Positions 36,007 through 46,080 of a stretch of 64,000 nt of DNA are shown here, in pieces (the stretch's first letter is position 1; each line of letters opens with the position of its first letter). The position numbers and the translations under genes were made by a program. The stretch covers positions 1 through 64,000 of the IMG/VR virus record IMGVR_UViG_3300030616_000016, one strand, 5' to 3'. The notes beneath the pieces are model-generated. The model saw nothing but the letters and a program-made list of their open reading frames with translations. It was not told where the DNA came from and searched no databases.

Positions 36007-36034
36007 ATAATAGCACTGAAACGTATTAAGTCAA
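36007..36034 (-). promoter_or_regulatory. Promoter TTGACT-N16-TATTAT of the leader/tRNA operon
   Basis: Same geometry as the other promoters in the window. Confidence 0.65.
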
Positions 36035-36054
36035 GAACAAAATTAGTTTTTTGT

Positions 36055-36480
36055 TTAGGACCCGCAGTTCTTACATGTTTCATCTTTGGTTTCTTTCTTC
36101 CAACCACAATACTCACACTTTACATCTAATGGTTTTATCGCATCAAGAAATTCTTCATCATTGCTTTGTAGCAATGAAGCGTATAAGAGATAGTCAGGCT
36201 TATGAGTGTCATATGGCAATTCTTCTAAATAAGTAGCAGTTATTTCTACATCACAATAACCTTTGTTTGCAATCCATATTTCTCTGGCTGCTCTTTCAGA
36301 GAATTCATCTTCACTTTCACCTCCGCATAGATGTCCTTCTCCAGACATCCATATATGATAATCATTTCCAGGGCCTACACTATCTATGCTCCATATTTCT
36401 TCTATAGCTTCGACTATTTCATCACGTCTGTTTTTGTCGAACTCTTTTATACTGAATTCCATTTGGTAATATCTACTCAT
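36055..36480 (-). CDS. Hypothetical protein with C-terminal Zn ribbon
   Basis: CEYC...CKNC. Confidence 0.55.
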   Translation of the reverse strand: MSRYYQMEFSIKEFDKNRRDEIVEAIEEIWSIDSVGPGNDYHIWMSGEGHLCGGESEDEFSERAAREIWIANKGYCDVEITATYLEELPYDTHKPDYLLYASLLQSNDEEFLDAIKPLDVKCEYCGWKKETKDETCKNCGS

Positions 36481-36482
36481 TT

Positions 36483-37910
36483 TTATCTATCCAGTGCAAG
36501 TATATTATTTTTGAAGTATTTGAACGTACTGTGATTTCTAAGAAAATCTGTAATCTTTTCATTAACTTCAAGACCATATGCCTTCATCTTGCATGCTATG
36601 TATTTGACGGGCTGTTCATTTACATGACCACGCCCACCTTGGCCTGGAGTTGCCCAGCTAAGTACCATATGCTTTGAACATACACTGGCAATATTTCTTA
36701 GAAATGCATCTTCCTTTTCTCTTGGAATGTGTTCTCCTACCTCAAGACACATAACAAAATCTGCTTTCTCTTTCCATTCTTGTGGTTCGCTTAGGTCTAT
36801 CTGTGTTATGTCGTCGATCTTGGATACTTCTTCAATATCTCCTGTTCCTTCAAAGCCCTTGATCTTCCATCCACATGATCTTAATATTGACACATATGTG
36901 CCATCACCACAACCAAGATCGAAAGCTAGTTCTGGTGAATATGTATGTGCGATTGCTCCAGCAAGAAGATAGTCGTGTTTATGTTTCTTGGCTTCTTTAA
37001 CAGGCCATATACCACTACTCTTGTCAATCTTTTCTTGCTTCTTATCTTTCTTTGGTTTTGGTTTAATAATTACTTTCTCTATATTATCAGAAATCTTAGG
37101 ATTAGTTGTTTGTTCAAAGTTGGGGCGCTCCCATCCACCTTTATGTCCACGATCTTTATCATAGTTATAATCTTTGATGAATGGATAGAATCTTTCTTTA
37201 AGAATGCTATATAGCCTGTTATCAACTGGTGAGTATCCTAACAGTTCTCTGTCACGAACAAAGGTGTCCCATGCTGTCCTGTTAGTAGGATGAAAGTGGC
37301 AAACCTTGATTGGTTTTTCGGCGTTCTGATACCTCTTTTTGAAGCCGGAACAACCGAGGTTATATGAAGTATCTAACAATGTAACTCGGTCTGCATACTT
37401 TGCATTATTCTTAGGATTCAGCAGTTCATTCAGAACAGGCTCTTCCTTATCCTCATTGCGTTCAATAATGATATCGCGCAGCTCTTTTACAATATCTTTC
37501 GCGCTTGGTCTATAGAATACACTGCCGCCATTTAGCTTAGGTTTGCTGTATGTGGAGATTCCTACATCTTTCATGTCTCCGACTTTGAATTTGCTTATTT
37601 GCCATGCATCAAGGTCATGGACCCATGCAAGTTCATCTATAATACCAGTATCAAATAGCTCAAACATAGACATGGTTTTACTACCAGTAAGACAAGTCTC
37701 ATTCATTTCCATCTTTATGGTAGAAACACCCTTATGCTCAAAATCAATATTAGATGCGATGATGATCTGGCTTGGTTTCCAACCGATAGATAGTGCATTG
37801 TCGATCTGTGCAAGCATATATGCAATGAGCTTTCCTGATTCTGCTTGTTTATGCTTGTCATTTCCAGACTTTGCTCCTTCCTGAAGATTGGCTATCATAA
37901 CATTCTTCAT
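36483..37910 (-). CDS. GT-A-like domain fused to a class I SAM methyltransferase
   Basis: HDLDA (DxD); DLGCGDG, CLEVGEHI, GQGG.GHVN. Confidence 0.75.
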   Translation of the reverse strand: MKNVMIANLQEGAKSGNDKHKQAESGKLIAYMLAQIDNALSIGWKPSQIIIASNIDFEHKGVSTIKMEMNETCLTGSKTMSMFELFDTGIIDELAWVHDLDAWQISKFKVGDMKDVGISTYSKPKLNGGSVFYRPSAKDIVKELRDIIIERNEDKEEPVLNELLNPKNNAKYADRVTLLDTSYNLGCSGFKKRYQNAEKPIKVCHFHPTNRTAWDTFVRDRELLGYSPVDNRLYSILKERFYPFIKDYNYDKDRGHKGGWERPNFEQTTNPKISDNIEKVIIKPKPKKDKKQEKIDKSSGIWPVKEAKKHKHDYLLAGAIAHTYSPELAFDLGCGDGTYVSILRSCGWKIKGFEGTGDIEEVSKIDDITQIDLSEPQEWKEKADFVMCLEVGEHIPREKEDAFLRNIASVCSKHMVLSWATPGQGGRGHVNEQPVKYIACKMKAYGLEVNEKITDFLRNHSTFKYFKNNILALDR

Positions 37911-38704
37911 ACTTCTATCTCCTGTTCGAAATTTACAACCAGTTTTGCTTTACCCCATGGCTTATTTTTGTTAACAGTTAGATTGCCTTGAGATAGATTA
38001 TCTGCAGCAATCTTTTTATTGGCTTCTTCAGTTTCTTTCCACTTGCCTTCCATATATTTGTCTACTTCTGATCTGGGTGTTCTAATTCTGTTCATAAAGT
38101 CGCCTAATTTATTCCACCACATTAGTTTATAGCCACTAGCTAAAGCCCTGTGCATTAAGTCTTTATCATCGGCTCCATAGCCTATCATAGACTCATCGTA
38201 TCCACCAAGCTCCATAAACTCATCTTTATATAAACCTAATCTACCATGAATCAACTTCTTACCTTTAGAGAATACTGCTTTAGCAGGACATATGTTGGCA
38301 AGATCATTTATTGCATGTACAAAATGGTGGCCTATGTAATTATCTGCGTCTACATTGTTTACTATGTCAGCATCTGCTGCCTTAAATGCTATGTTTCTTG
38401 AATGCCCCATCTTATATTTTTCTGGTTCAGTAGTATGTATATATTTCACAATGCCTGATTTTATGTATGGAAGCATATGTGTCTGCATCCATTTATCTAG
38501 ATGGTCTGCACTATTATAATCGAGAATGACAAACTGTACGCCTGGATAATCGATGTTATTCAATATATTTACAGGCAACGTCCTCTCAAGATCATGAGTT
38601 CTGTTCATGCATGTAGTACATATTGCAATGTTATAGTATTTCTTTGGAGCAGTAATAGGTTCTTTATCTGGATCCCAATACTGCCATTTATCTTCTGGTA
38701 CCAA
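37907..38704 (-). CDS. Glycosyltransferase family 2
   Basis: TTCMNR, LDYNS, NVDADN, GGYDE...GYG.DD; TTG start after SD AGGAGA. Confidence 0.8.
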   Translation of the reverse strand: MVPEDKWQYWDPDKEPITAPKKYYNIAICTTCMNRTHDLERTLPVNILNNIDYPGVQFVILDYNSADHLDKWMQTHMLPYIKSGIVKYIHTTEPEKYKMGHSRNIAFKAADADIVNNVDADNYIGHHFVHAINDLANICPAKAVFSKGKKLIHGRLGLYKDEFMELGGYDESMIGYGADDKDLMHRALASGYKLMWWNKLGDFMNRIRTPRSEVDKYMEGKWKETEEANKKIAADNLSQGNLTVNKNKPWGKAKLVVNFEQEIEV

Positions 38705-38725
38705 TGTATATTCTCCTGTAAAAAG

Positions 38726-38920
38726 ATAGCTAGTATGCATTTAATTTTATGTTTTGAAGACATAGTCGTCGTCGTCTTCGCAAACCGTTTGATTTAATAT
38801 GTATTTCTGAAAATCAACTTTGCGAGACGCAGACGACATTGTCTTCAAAAGTTTTGTGAACATAAAGCATTCTTTATGCAATTCTATAATGAGGTAGAAA
38901 TAAAACTGCATACTAGCTAT
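38726..38920 (-). ncRNA. Unknown structured RNA family, copy 2
   Basis: 14-bp perfect closing stem; loop motif at 38797-38807. Confidence 0.75.
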
Positions 38921-39476
38921 TATTAATTGGAAACTGTTGATGAGCTACAGGAAATTGCTCATCTGGTATTTCTTTACCAAGGAATGGGCACAGTTTCTCC
39001 CATCCTTCACCTGCACAAATATTTATTTCCATATACTTGTCTTGTTTGTCAGCAAAAAATTCTCTAACGCCTGCATAGTAACTCCTATAAGCAATGTCAA
39101 ATTTCTCAAACTCATATGTAAAACATCCATATAAATTGAATCTATTTTCCTTTGCTCTAATACTACCAAGACCGCGTCTCCTAGACCATCTTTCATTTGA
39201 TCTATGCCAGCTTTCTCTTTCTCTTATACAGCATATGAACTTAGCATTAGGTAACAGGTACTCTAGGAATCGATACTTAGGAGCTACATAGATATCATTT
39301 ATAAAATCATATTTTTGTACATCTGCAATCTCTTTTGGAGAATGATGTGCTGTGTATCCAAGGATACGCATTGCATGTGTAAGACTCAGTGTTCCTGTCT
39401 TTCCTAAACCTAACCCAAAAATCTTAAAGGCTGGATGTTGGCCTGGCTTGTAATCCTCTGGGATTTCTACGCTCAT
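38913..39476 (-). CDS. Sulfotransferase-family protein (Sulfotransfer_4-like)
   Basis: GLGKTGTLS, RERESWHRS, GWEKLCPFLG..P..FP. Confidence 0.8.
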   Translation of the reverse strand: MSVEIPEDYKPGQHPAFKIFGLGLGKTGTLSLTHAMRILGYTAHHSPKEIADVQKYDFINDIYVAPKYRFLEYLLPNAKFICCIRERESWHRSNERWSRRRGLGSIRAKENRFNLYGCFTYEFEKFDIAYRSYYAGVREFFADKQDKYMEINICAGEGWEKLCPFLGKEIPDEQFPVAHQQFPINNS

Positions 39477-40185
39477 TGTTTAAATACCTCAAGATAAAAA
39501 TTATGCCTATACCAATGGATCCTACAAATCTGTCGTCAGTATTTATAAGTTCTGTGTGAGTATATTTTCTTTTAATCTCATCCCAGAATCTGTGTACTTG
39601 CACCTTAGGTATATGTGTCAGCTTAATATCATGAAAACCAATATACTTTGGTTGCGTATGTTGTATAATAAGTTCGTAATCTGCTTTTACGTTCTCATAT
39701 GTATGTTTTGCATCTATAAAACAAAAATCTGCTTTGTTATTATAGATGATTGTTGCAGCCTTGTCTGATCTCATATCGACTTGTATAAATTTGGAAGATG
39801 GAAACTTCTTTGAATATGATTTGAATTTATTGGCCGCCATATTAGTGATATCAATAGCTGTGCTTTTAAACCAATGATCTTTAAGAGCTTTCATGTAGCT
39901 ATCTACAATGAAGAAAGTGCCTGCTCTTTCACAACCTATTTCAAGATAGCTATTTATATTGCCTCTATTCTTACCCATGAATATTAATAGTTTTGCTAAC
40001 TCTTGTGGATATTGTTTTGACTTTAGTCCGCCCATGTTAGAGACTATTTCTTCTGATATATCCATACTCTTTGCATTAAGATATATGCCACAATCAAGAA
40101 TAAAATCAGTAAGATAATGCATATCAAATATCTTTTCTTTTGAAATTATTGCTCGAAAGTTGTCATATAACTCTAAATGTTTCAT
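39424..40185 (-). CDS. Class I SAM methyltransferase (Methyltransf_24-like)
   Basis: YLEIG, FIDAKHTYE.VK.DY, FHDI. Confidence 0.8.
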   Translation of the reverse strand: MKHLELYDNFRAIISKEKIFDMHYLTDFILDCGIYLNAKSMDISEEIVSNMGGLKSKQYPQELAKLLIFMGKNRGNINSYLEIGCERAGTFFIVDSYMKALKDHWFKSTAIDITNMAANKFKSYSKKFPSSKFIQVDMRSDKAATIIYNNKADFCFIDAKHTYENVKADYELIIQHTQPKYIGFHDIKLTHIPKVQVHRFWDEIKRKYTHTELINTDDRFVGSIGIGIIFILRYLNNERRNPRGLQARPTSSL

Positions 40186-40193
40186 TTATGCCT

Positions 40194-41249
40194 CTAATCA
40201 GATATAAATCTAAGTAGCTTGTTTATAATGTTTTCAGTCTCAAATTCTTTTGAATATATCATAGAATTTTTACGCATTTGTTTTCGTAGTTCTTGATCTT
40301 TAACTAGCTTATATATACAAGTTGCAAAGTCATTGACATTCTTACACAAGAATCCATTGTTGTTGTGTATGACTTGCATTCTGTTGCCTCCGTCAACATC
40401 AGTAGCAACAATTGGGCATCCACTCATCATAGCCTCAGCTACACATCTTGACCAAGGTTCTTGTCTGGAATAGTCTATAAAGAATAAGTATATGTCTATA
40501 CCAAATAGGAAATTAGGTACTGATATAGAGAATTCTTTTCTAGTAATGACATTATCGAATTCTGATAACTCATATGCAACTTGCTGATTTACACCAAGTA
40601 GATCCCACATGATTTTATCATGTATATCTGATCTATTAAGAGTATTAACAAGCTCATAGTAATCACTGTTCCATTTACTTCCCATACCTTTGGAATGTTG
40701 TCCAATCACTATACATGGTCCATTATGCTTGTCTTGATAAACACTTGCTTTGTCAATTGGGCTTTCTAATACCATCTTTGGGAGATGTTTGACAGCATCT
40801 AGTTTCTCCTTGTAGCTGAGCTCATTGTAGAATCTCAGGTTGGTAGTTATGAGGCGGATGTCTTTACATTTACTACATAGACTATCTTTGTCTTGATTTA
40901 GAAACCTAGATGGACTGACAATGAAATTAAATAGAAATATCATTCGCTTGATTTTACATGGATCACAAAACTCTTCCCAGAACTCGCTAGTAGTGAAGCT
41001 TTTACTATCTGTATTTATGGTAAGCAATGCATCAAGATCATATAGAGTCTCTGGTTCATTTCTAAAGTTTAGAACTGTGACTCTATCATCTAGTTTATTT
41101 TTTAGTTCTCTAGATAATGTTTGTTCAGAGTATAGTCTCACGTGATGTCCGGCTCTAGCCATGCCTGACGCCAACTCCATACATCTGAACTCCGAGCCGC
41201 CGTTTATTTTAAACTTAGAAAGAATTCCTACTTCCATAGTCTTTCCCAT
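40194..41249 (-). CDS. Glycosyltransferase family 4
   Basis: GGSE; EPWSRCVAEAMMSGCPIVATD. Confidence 0.85.
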   Translation of the reverse strand: MGKTMEVGILSKFKINGGSEFRCMELASGMARAGHHVRLYSEQTLSRELKNKLDDRVTVLNFRNEPETLYDLDALLTINTDSKSFTTSEFWEEFCDPCKIKRMIFLFNFIVSPSRFLNQDKDSLCSKCKDIRLITTNLRFYNELSYKEKLDAVKHLPKMVLESPIDKASVYQDKHNGPCIVIGQHSKGMGSKWNSDYYELVNTLNRSDIHDKIMWDLLGVNQQVAYELSEFDNVITRKEFSISVPNFLFGIDIYLFFIDYSRQEPWSRCVAEAMMSGCPIVATDVDGGNRMQVIHNNNGFLCKNVNDFATCIYKLVKDQELRKQMRKNSMIYSKEFETENIINKLLRFISD

Positions 41250-42355
41250 TCCATATATTCTCTCAGATGTCTTGAAACATCATCTGCGGTTATCATTTCT
41301 AGACATTTAGGTATAGTATATCCATACTCAGATTCTACTGGAAACTCGCATAAACTTTCATCTTGTAATACTGGTGTACCATCAGCATGCATGCCTTCTG
41401 TTATGGCTCCATCTCCTAATGGTACTGTTCTGGATTTCCAACAACCACCGTTGTCACAACAAGGTAGTTTACCACATGTATGAAGATATGCATGATTGGT
41501 ATATGCTTCCCAATGTGACGGTTCTCTACCGCCAGCAAGAACTATACAAGGCCTGGTTCGTCTGCCATAGTCAAGTTTAGGTTCAATTGCTGCAGCAAGA
41601 TGCATAGGCAAGCTTACGGGAGAGATAACTCCATATGAATGATATACTAGGCGTATAAGCTTTCTTAGATCATCAGTTTGACCAACGAGATTAATTAAAT
41701 TATCTCCAATAAGACTTGGATGATAATGATCAGCCTCATCTTTGCCAATCTGTACAAAAGTAATTTGTGGATTATCATCCACTACTTGCTGGAATCTTCC
41801 TGGACACCAGTGCTTGGCAGTATAGTCTGACTTGCATCCAGCATCTATAATCCAGTAAGGAATATTGATATTCATTATTTCTTTTACTTGACTTATCCAC
41901 GATTTTTCTTCGTTACTAATGTGGATATCGCCTTTGAGATGTTTCACATGAATCTTAACGCCTAGTCTATTCTCCATGTCTTTTGCATAGCCATGAACGA
42001 AATGATATGCACCTTCATTGCATTCATGTACAATGGGGTACTGAATTTTTATCTTCTCAGCTTCAGGATCTTTTGATAGATCTGTAATATATGGGCTATG
42101 CTCAAATATTTCTCTGCATCCTGTACTGACATCTGTTATGAATAGCCCTGGATTGCTCTCATGCAGATCTCTTATGGATCCAGATAGCATTACAAGATCT
42201 CCTGGAGACAACCAGCAGTCAAAGATAATCTTTCTAACCTTCCTGCTTGTCCTGAGATTCAGATTGGCCTTCTGGTACTCTAGAACTTTGATGTTCTTCA
42301 TTCTCTCTCTCCTCTTCCGCTTCTGTGTTTTCTGTGCTCTCTTCTGGCTCATCAA
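41228..42355 (-). CDS. GT9 / heptosyltransferase-like glycosyltransferase
   Basis: SPGDL, KHW, NLVGQT, MHLAAA. Confidence 0.75.
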   Translation of the reverse strand: MMSQKRAQKTQKRKRRERMKNIKVLEYQKANLNLRTSRKVRKIIFDCWLSPGDLVMLSGSIRDLHESNPGLFITDVSTGCREIFEHSPYITDLSKDPEAEKIKIQYPIVHECNEGAYHFVHGYAKDMENRLGVKIHVKHLKGDIHISNEEKSWISQVKEIMNINIPYWIIDAGCKSDYTAKHWCPGRFQQVVDDNPQITFVQIGKDEADHYHPSLIGDNLINLVGQTDDLRKLIRLVYHSYGVISPVSLPMHLAAAIEPKLDYGRRTRPCIVLAGGREPSHWEAYTNHAYLHTCGKLPCCDNGGCWKSRTVPLGDGAITEGMHADGTPVLQDESLCEFPVESEYGYTIPKCLEMITADDVSRHLREYMEWERLWK

Positions 42356-42824
42356 CAGACTCCATAGTATATATTATGCAAAGATTGTTCTTGTCTATTG
42401 GATCATTGTATACAGATATTAATGCATCGGCACCTTCTTCATAAGATATTTCACTTAGTGCTGAGTCAACAGAATCTGCTGGCACAGTCATTTTTACTAA
42501 AGTCTTTCTCTTCTTAGGAATTATAGAGTGAAATGGCGCGAGGTAAAGATTTTTGCCCTTATATATATCAATTTCATTGAGCTTTTCTGCACCAAGCCTT
42601 GCAATATCATAAATAACTCTTCTGTTAATAGCTGAGTTATAGTTTTCTGCAAAGGCCTTAATCCTATCTTGAAGATTTGGGTATGCCGCTGCAAATTTGT
42701 CAGGATACTTTCTGACATGATGAAACAGCGACTCGTAAGTAATTACGAGATTATCTAACATTGATTTCTCCTTGAATATAATAATGATTATGGCAATAAT
42801 ACCTCTTGTGACACCAAAAATCAA
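42234..42824 (-). CDS. Hypothetical protein with acidic tail (true start probably MLDNL)
   Basis: ORF; SD AAGGAG before internal ATG. Confidence 0.5.
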   Translation of the reverse strand: MIFGVTRGIIAIIIIIFKEKSMLDNLVITYESLFHHVRKYPDKFAAAYPNLQDRIKAFAENYNSAINRRVIYDIARLGAEKLNEIDIYKGKNLYLAPFHSIIPKKRKTLVKMTVPADSVDSALSEISYEEGADALISVYNDPIDKNNLCIIYTMESVDEPEESTENTEAEEERENEEHQSSRVPEGQSESQDKQEG

Positions 42825-42832
42825 GTTTAATC

Positions 42833-42860
42833 TTGACTAAATATCTTGATGAGTTATAAT
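42833..42860 (+). promoter_or_regulatory. Promoter TTGACT-N16-TATAAT
   Basis: Upstream of the plus-strand operon. Confidence 0.7.
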
Positions 42861-42895
42861 AATAATAGTAAATCCCTTAATATGAGGAGCTAACT

Positions 42896-43318
42896 ATGAC
42901 ATGGCCTTATAACCCAATGAGAAAAGTTGATGGAACCTTGAATATATCTTGGGATCAGTTCAGAAAAGACGTATTATCTAATGACAAATTTTTAGAAGTA
43001 TTTAGCGACTTATCTAAAGAGATTATTAAGTTTAGAAAGGCTCCAGGTTGTTCTCCTTGTGCTAGAGTTCTGAATAAGATTGCTAATCAGAAGAACAAGC
43101 TGATAGAAATTTACAATGATACTGTTAACATCCTGCCACCTACTGGGCAGAAGCCTGAATTCAAAAGATCCGACGTTATAGAACAAGTTCATGAAGAAGA
43201 GCTATATGATTCTATTGATAGGATAGGCAAAGCCGGCGGTAGAATTATTACAATTGTACCGTCACATGATGGCGAGAGTTATTATATATTATATAGGAAA
43301 ACTATAAGGAATAAATAG
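42896..43318 (+). CDS. Hypothetical protein (CSPC)
   Basis: SD GAGGAG. Confidence 0.6.
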   Translation: MTWPYNPMRKVDGTLNISWDQFRKDVLSNDKFLEVFSDLSKEIIKFRKAPGCSPCARVLNKIANQKNKLIEIYNDTVNILPPTGQKPEFKRSDVIEQVHEEELYDSIDRIGKAGGRIITIVPSHDGESYYILYRKTIRNK

Positions 43319-43581
43319 TGTACGTTTTAATTTTAGTTTTATCTATACTTGCCTTGTTGATATCACTAGTTTCTTTAGTAGTAAGCATCACAATATTTGT
43401 TATGGTATACAATGGTCTTGGTCAATCCGATAAACTATGTTCAGCGTCTGATATGAATTCTTTCAAAAAGAATACTAACTATGAAGAAAGTAGTTGTGGA
43501 GTTGATTCAAGCGATATTATAAATGAGGATATGTTTAAAGACATACCTACTTCAAACTTTGGCCAGAATGCGTCTGACTAG
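43318..43581 (+). CDS. Single-TM membrane protein
   Basis: Hydrophobic N-terminus. Confidence 0.55.
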   Translation: MYVLILVLSILALLISLVSLVVSITIFVMVYNGLGQSDKLCSASDMNSFKKNTNYEESSCGVDSSDIINEDMFKDIPTSNFGQNASD

Positions 43582-43592
43582 GAGGCATATAA

Positions 43593-45647
43593 ATGAAAGC
43601 ATTAGGATTTGATTGTGGAACGTACAACTTAGTAATGGCGTCTCCTGGCAAGGAAGAGGGAAAGCCAAGTATCAAGCGTGAGATTAATGTATTCCTTAAG
43701 ATTGAGAACCCACAAAAGTTTACTTTAGGTATGTTACGCAAACAAGGTGTTCCAATGATGGAAGAAGATGGCTCAGTATATATTCTTGGACAAGCTGCAA
43801 TTGACCTTGCAGTAGATCTAGGTACTACATATCGCAGACCTATGAAAGCAGGGTGCTTGTCTCCTGAAGAGAAAGATGCATTTAAGATCCTTGGTTATAT
43901 GCTCAAAGGAATGGTTGGAAGTCTTAAGGAAGAGACTGTATTGTTCTATAGTGTACCTGCAGAACCTATTGATGCACAAGGCGATACAAAATACCATGAG
44001 AAGGTTATTGGATCCATTCTTGGAACAATTGATAACCTAACGGCTAAACCTCTAAATGAAGCTTCAGCAATCATTTATGCATGTACTAATAATCAAACAG
44101 GCATTGGCATTTCATGTGTTACACCTGATACTTCTATCATAACAGATAAAGGTATTATAGAAATAGCAAAATTACATGAAGGTGATAGAGTTTTAACAAG
44201 ACTTGGTACTTATGAACAAGTATCTAAAGTAACAGTAAGTGAAAGGGATGAAGAGATACAAGAGATAAATTTTTTCTGTTCTAATCGAAACCTTAGAATA
44301 ACGTCGGAACACAAAATTTATACAAAAAGTAATGGCATTGAACAATGGAAGCGTTCTGATCAAGTAACTAATGAAGATTATGTTATGATGCCCAGTGTAT
44401 CTTATAAAGATAAAACGTGTTATATAGCTATAGACAAACGTGTTACATGCTCTAAAGACACAAAACGAGAATTCTATGAAGTACATGAAAATGTAGCAAA
44501 GTTCATAGGCCTTTTTCTAGGAGATGGACATATAGAACTATCTAAAGGTGGAATATTCTTTGATTTTGGTAAGCATGAAACAAATTTGCACCAATTTGTA
44601 ATGGATATAGCAAAAGAAAAATTTGGTAATTCTATGTCTTTTATCGAAAAGGGAGAAGAATGTATAAGATGTCAAATGAATAATAAGGCACTTGCAAGGT
44701 GGTTAAAAGAAAATTGTTACGATAGTAGTGGTAAAAAGAAATTGCCTTGGTTAGTAGACGAGTTAAATAGACCGGCAAGAATCGGTTTGTTGTCAGGATT
44801 ATTAGAGAGCGATGGGCATATTGGAGATAATGAAGTATCATTTGAGAATACTAGCTCAGCTCTTACTATGTTAGTTCAACAATTATGTTTATCTGAGGGA
44901 TATACTGGTAGTTATTGGTTCAGAGATTCTAGGTCTGGTGGAACAATAGAAAATAGAACAATAACAGGAAACGATAGCTGCTGTTTCACATTGCATGAGC
45001 AATATATACAATCGCTCAAGTTTCTGATTAGTGGCAATAGACATAGGACAACATCTTTCCAAGATAGTAAACAATGGAACAAAGTGCGCAGTAATCAAAA
45101 AGTTAAATATACAGGCAAAGTGTATGATTTAACAGTTGAAAATGAACATTCTTTTTGCGTACCAGGATGCTGTATACACAATTGTGGTGCTGGTATGATT
45201 AACGTAGCTTTTGTAAAGATGGGTGTCAATATATTTGAGTTTAGTCTTACAAGCTCTGGTGATTGGATTGATAGGGAAAGTGCTAGGGTTACAGGAGAAT
45301 CAGAAGCTTTTATTAATCAGGCTAAACATAATATTGACTTGTCTAAAGAACCACAAAATATGACTGAGATGGCTATTTCTAAGAATTATGAGATACTTAT
45401 TGAGCGTAGCATTCTTAAGATCAAAGATGGCATTATCAATTCTAAAGGCAAGGCTAAGACACAGAATCCTATACCTATTGTTATAGCAGGTGGTACTAGT
45501 TCTGTGAATGGTTTTATGGCAGTGTTTAAGAAAACACTAGAAAGGATTGAAATGCCTATTCCTATATCAGAATGCATACAGCCTCTGAAGCCATTACATT
45601 CAGTAGCTAAAGGATGTCTTGTTGCTGCAGAGCTTGAAGCTGGATAG
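43593..45647 (+). CDS. Actin-like (MreB/ParM-type) ATPase, intein-containing
   Basis: GFDCGT, RRPMKAG, VPA, NEA.A, GIS|CGAG, AGGTS, VAKG. Confidence 0.8.
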   Translation: MKALGFDCGTYNLVMASPGKEEGKPSIKREINVFLKIENPQKFTLGMLRKQGVPMMEEDGSVYILGQAAIDLAVDLGTTYRRPMKAGCLSPEEKDAFKILGYMLKGMVGSLKEETVLFYSVPAEPIDAQGDTKYHEKVIGSILGTIDNLTAKPLNEASAIIYACTNNQTGIGISCVTPDTSIITDKGIIEIAKLHEGDRVLTRLGTYEQVSKVTVSERDEEIQEINFFCSNRNLRITSEHKIYTKSNGIEQWKRSDQVTNEDYVMMPSVSYKDKTCYIAIDKRVTCSKDTKREFYEVHENVAKFIGLFLGDGHIELSKGGIFFDFGKHETNLHQFVMDIAKEKFGNSMSFIEKGEECIRCQMNNKALARWLKENCYDSSGKKKLPWLVDELNRPARIGLLSGLLESDGHIGDNEVSFENTSSALTMLVQQLCLSEGYTGSYWFRDSRSGGTIENRTITGNDSCCFTLHEQYIQSLKFLISGNRHRTTSFQDSKQWNKVRSNQKVKYTGKVYDLTVENEHSFCVPGCCIHNCGAGMINVAFVKMGVNIFEFSLTSSGDWIDRESARVTGESEAFINQAKHNIDLSKEPQNMTEMAISKNYEILIERSILKIKDGIINSKGKAKTQNPIPIVIAGGTSSVNGFMAVFKKTLERIEMPIPISECIQPLKPLHSVAKGCLVAAELEAG
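44115..45182 (+). mobile_element. LAGLIDADG intein (356 aa)
   Basis: CVTPDT, TSEH, GLFLGDG, GLLESDG, VYDLTV...HN followed by C. Confidence 0.92.
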
Positions 45648-45648
45648 A

Positions 45649-46080
45649 TTATATTATAAAATATTGGTGCTCAATACTTTCAGACAGCATTTCCATGGCT
45701 TGCTCAAAATCTTCACCATATTTATGATGCTTAGTATCTGGTGGTGGACATACTAATCTACTTATCCCAGCATTTATTATACCACCCATACATTGTGAGC
45801 AAGGATGTAATGTAACATATATTGAACATCCATCAAGATTTCTGTCTGCATTATATATTGCATTAACCTCTGCGTGTTGAGTCCAGTAGTATTTCAAAGG
45901 ACGCTCGTATCTTTCTTCTACTTCATCATCAACACCCCTAGGAAACCCATTATATCCTAGTGATACAATGGTCTTTCTATTGTCAACTATAACTGCGCCA
46001 ACCTTTCTTGATTTATCTTTACTCCATTCAGCTATATAAAATGCTAAGTCAACAAATCTTTTGTCCCATTTGTTAAGCAT
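45649..46080 (-). CDS. dCMP deaminase
   Basis: GYNGFP, HAEVN, PCSQC. Confidence 0.9.
   Translation of the reverse strand: MLNKWDKRFVDLAFYIAEWSKDKSRKVGAVIVDNRKTIVSLGYNGFPRGVDDEVEERYERPLKYYWTQHAEVNAIYNADRNLDGCSIYVTLHPCSQCMGGIINAGISRLVCPPPDTKHHKYGEDFEQAMEMLSESIEHQYFII

Noticed and set aside
38726-38920. The repeated structured elements as MITEs or attC sites
   Set aside because: Terminal inverted repeats differ in sequence between copies; no target duplications or GTTRRRY cores
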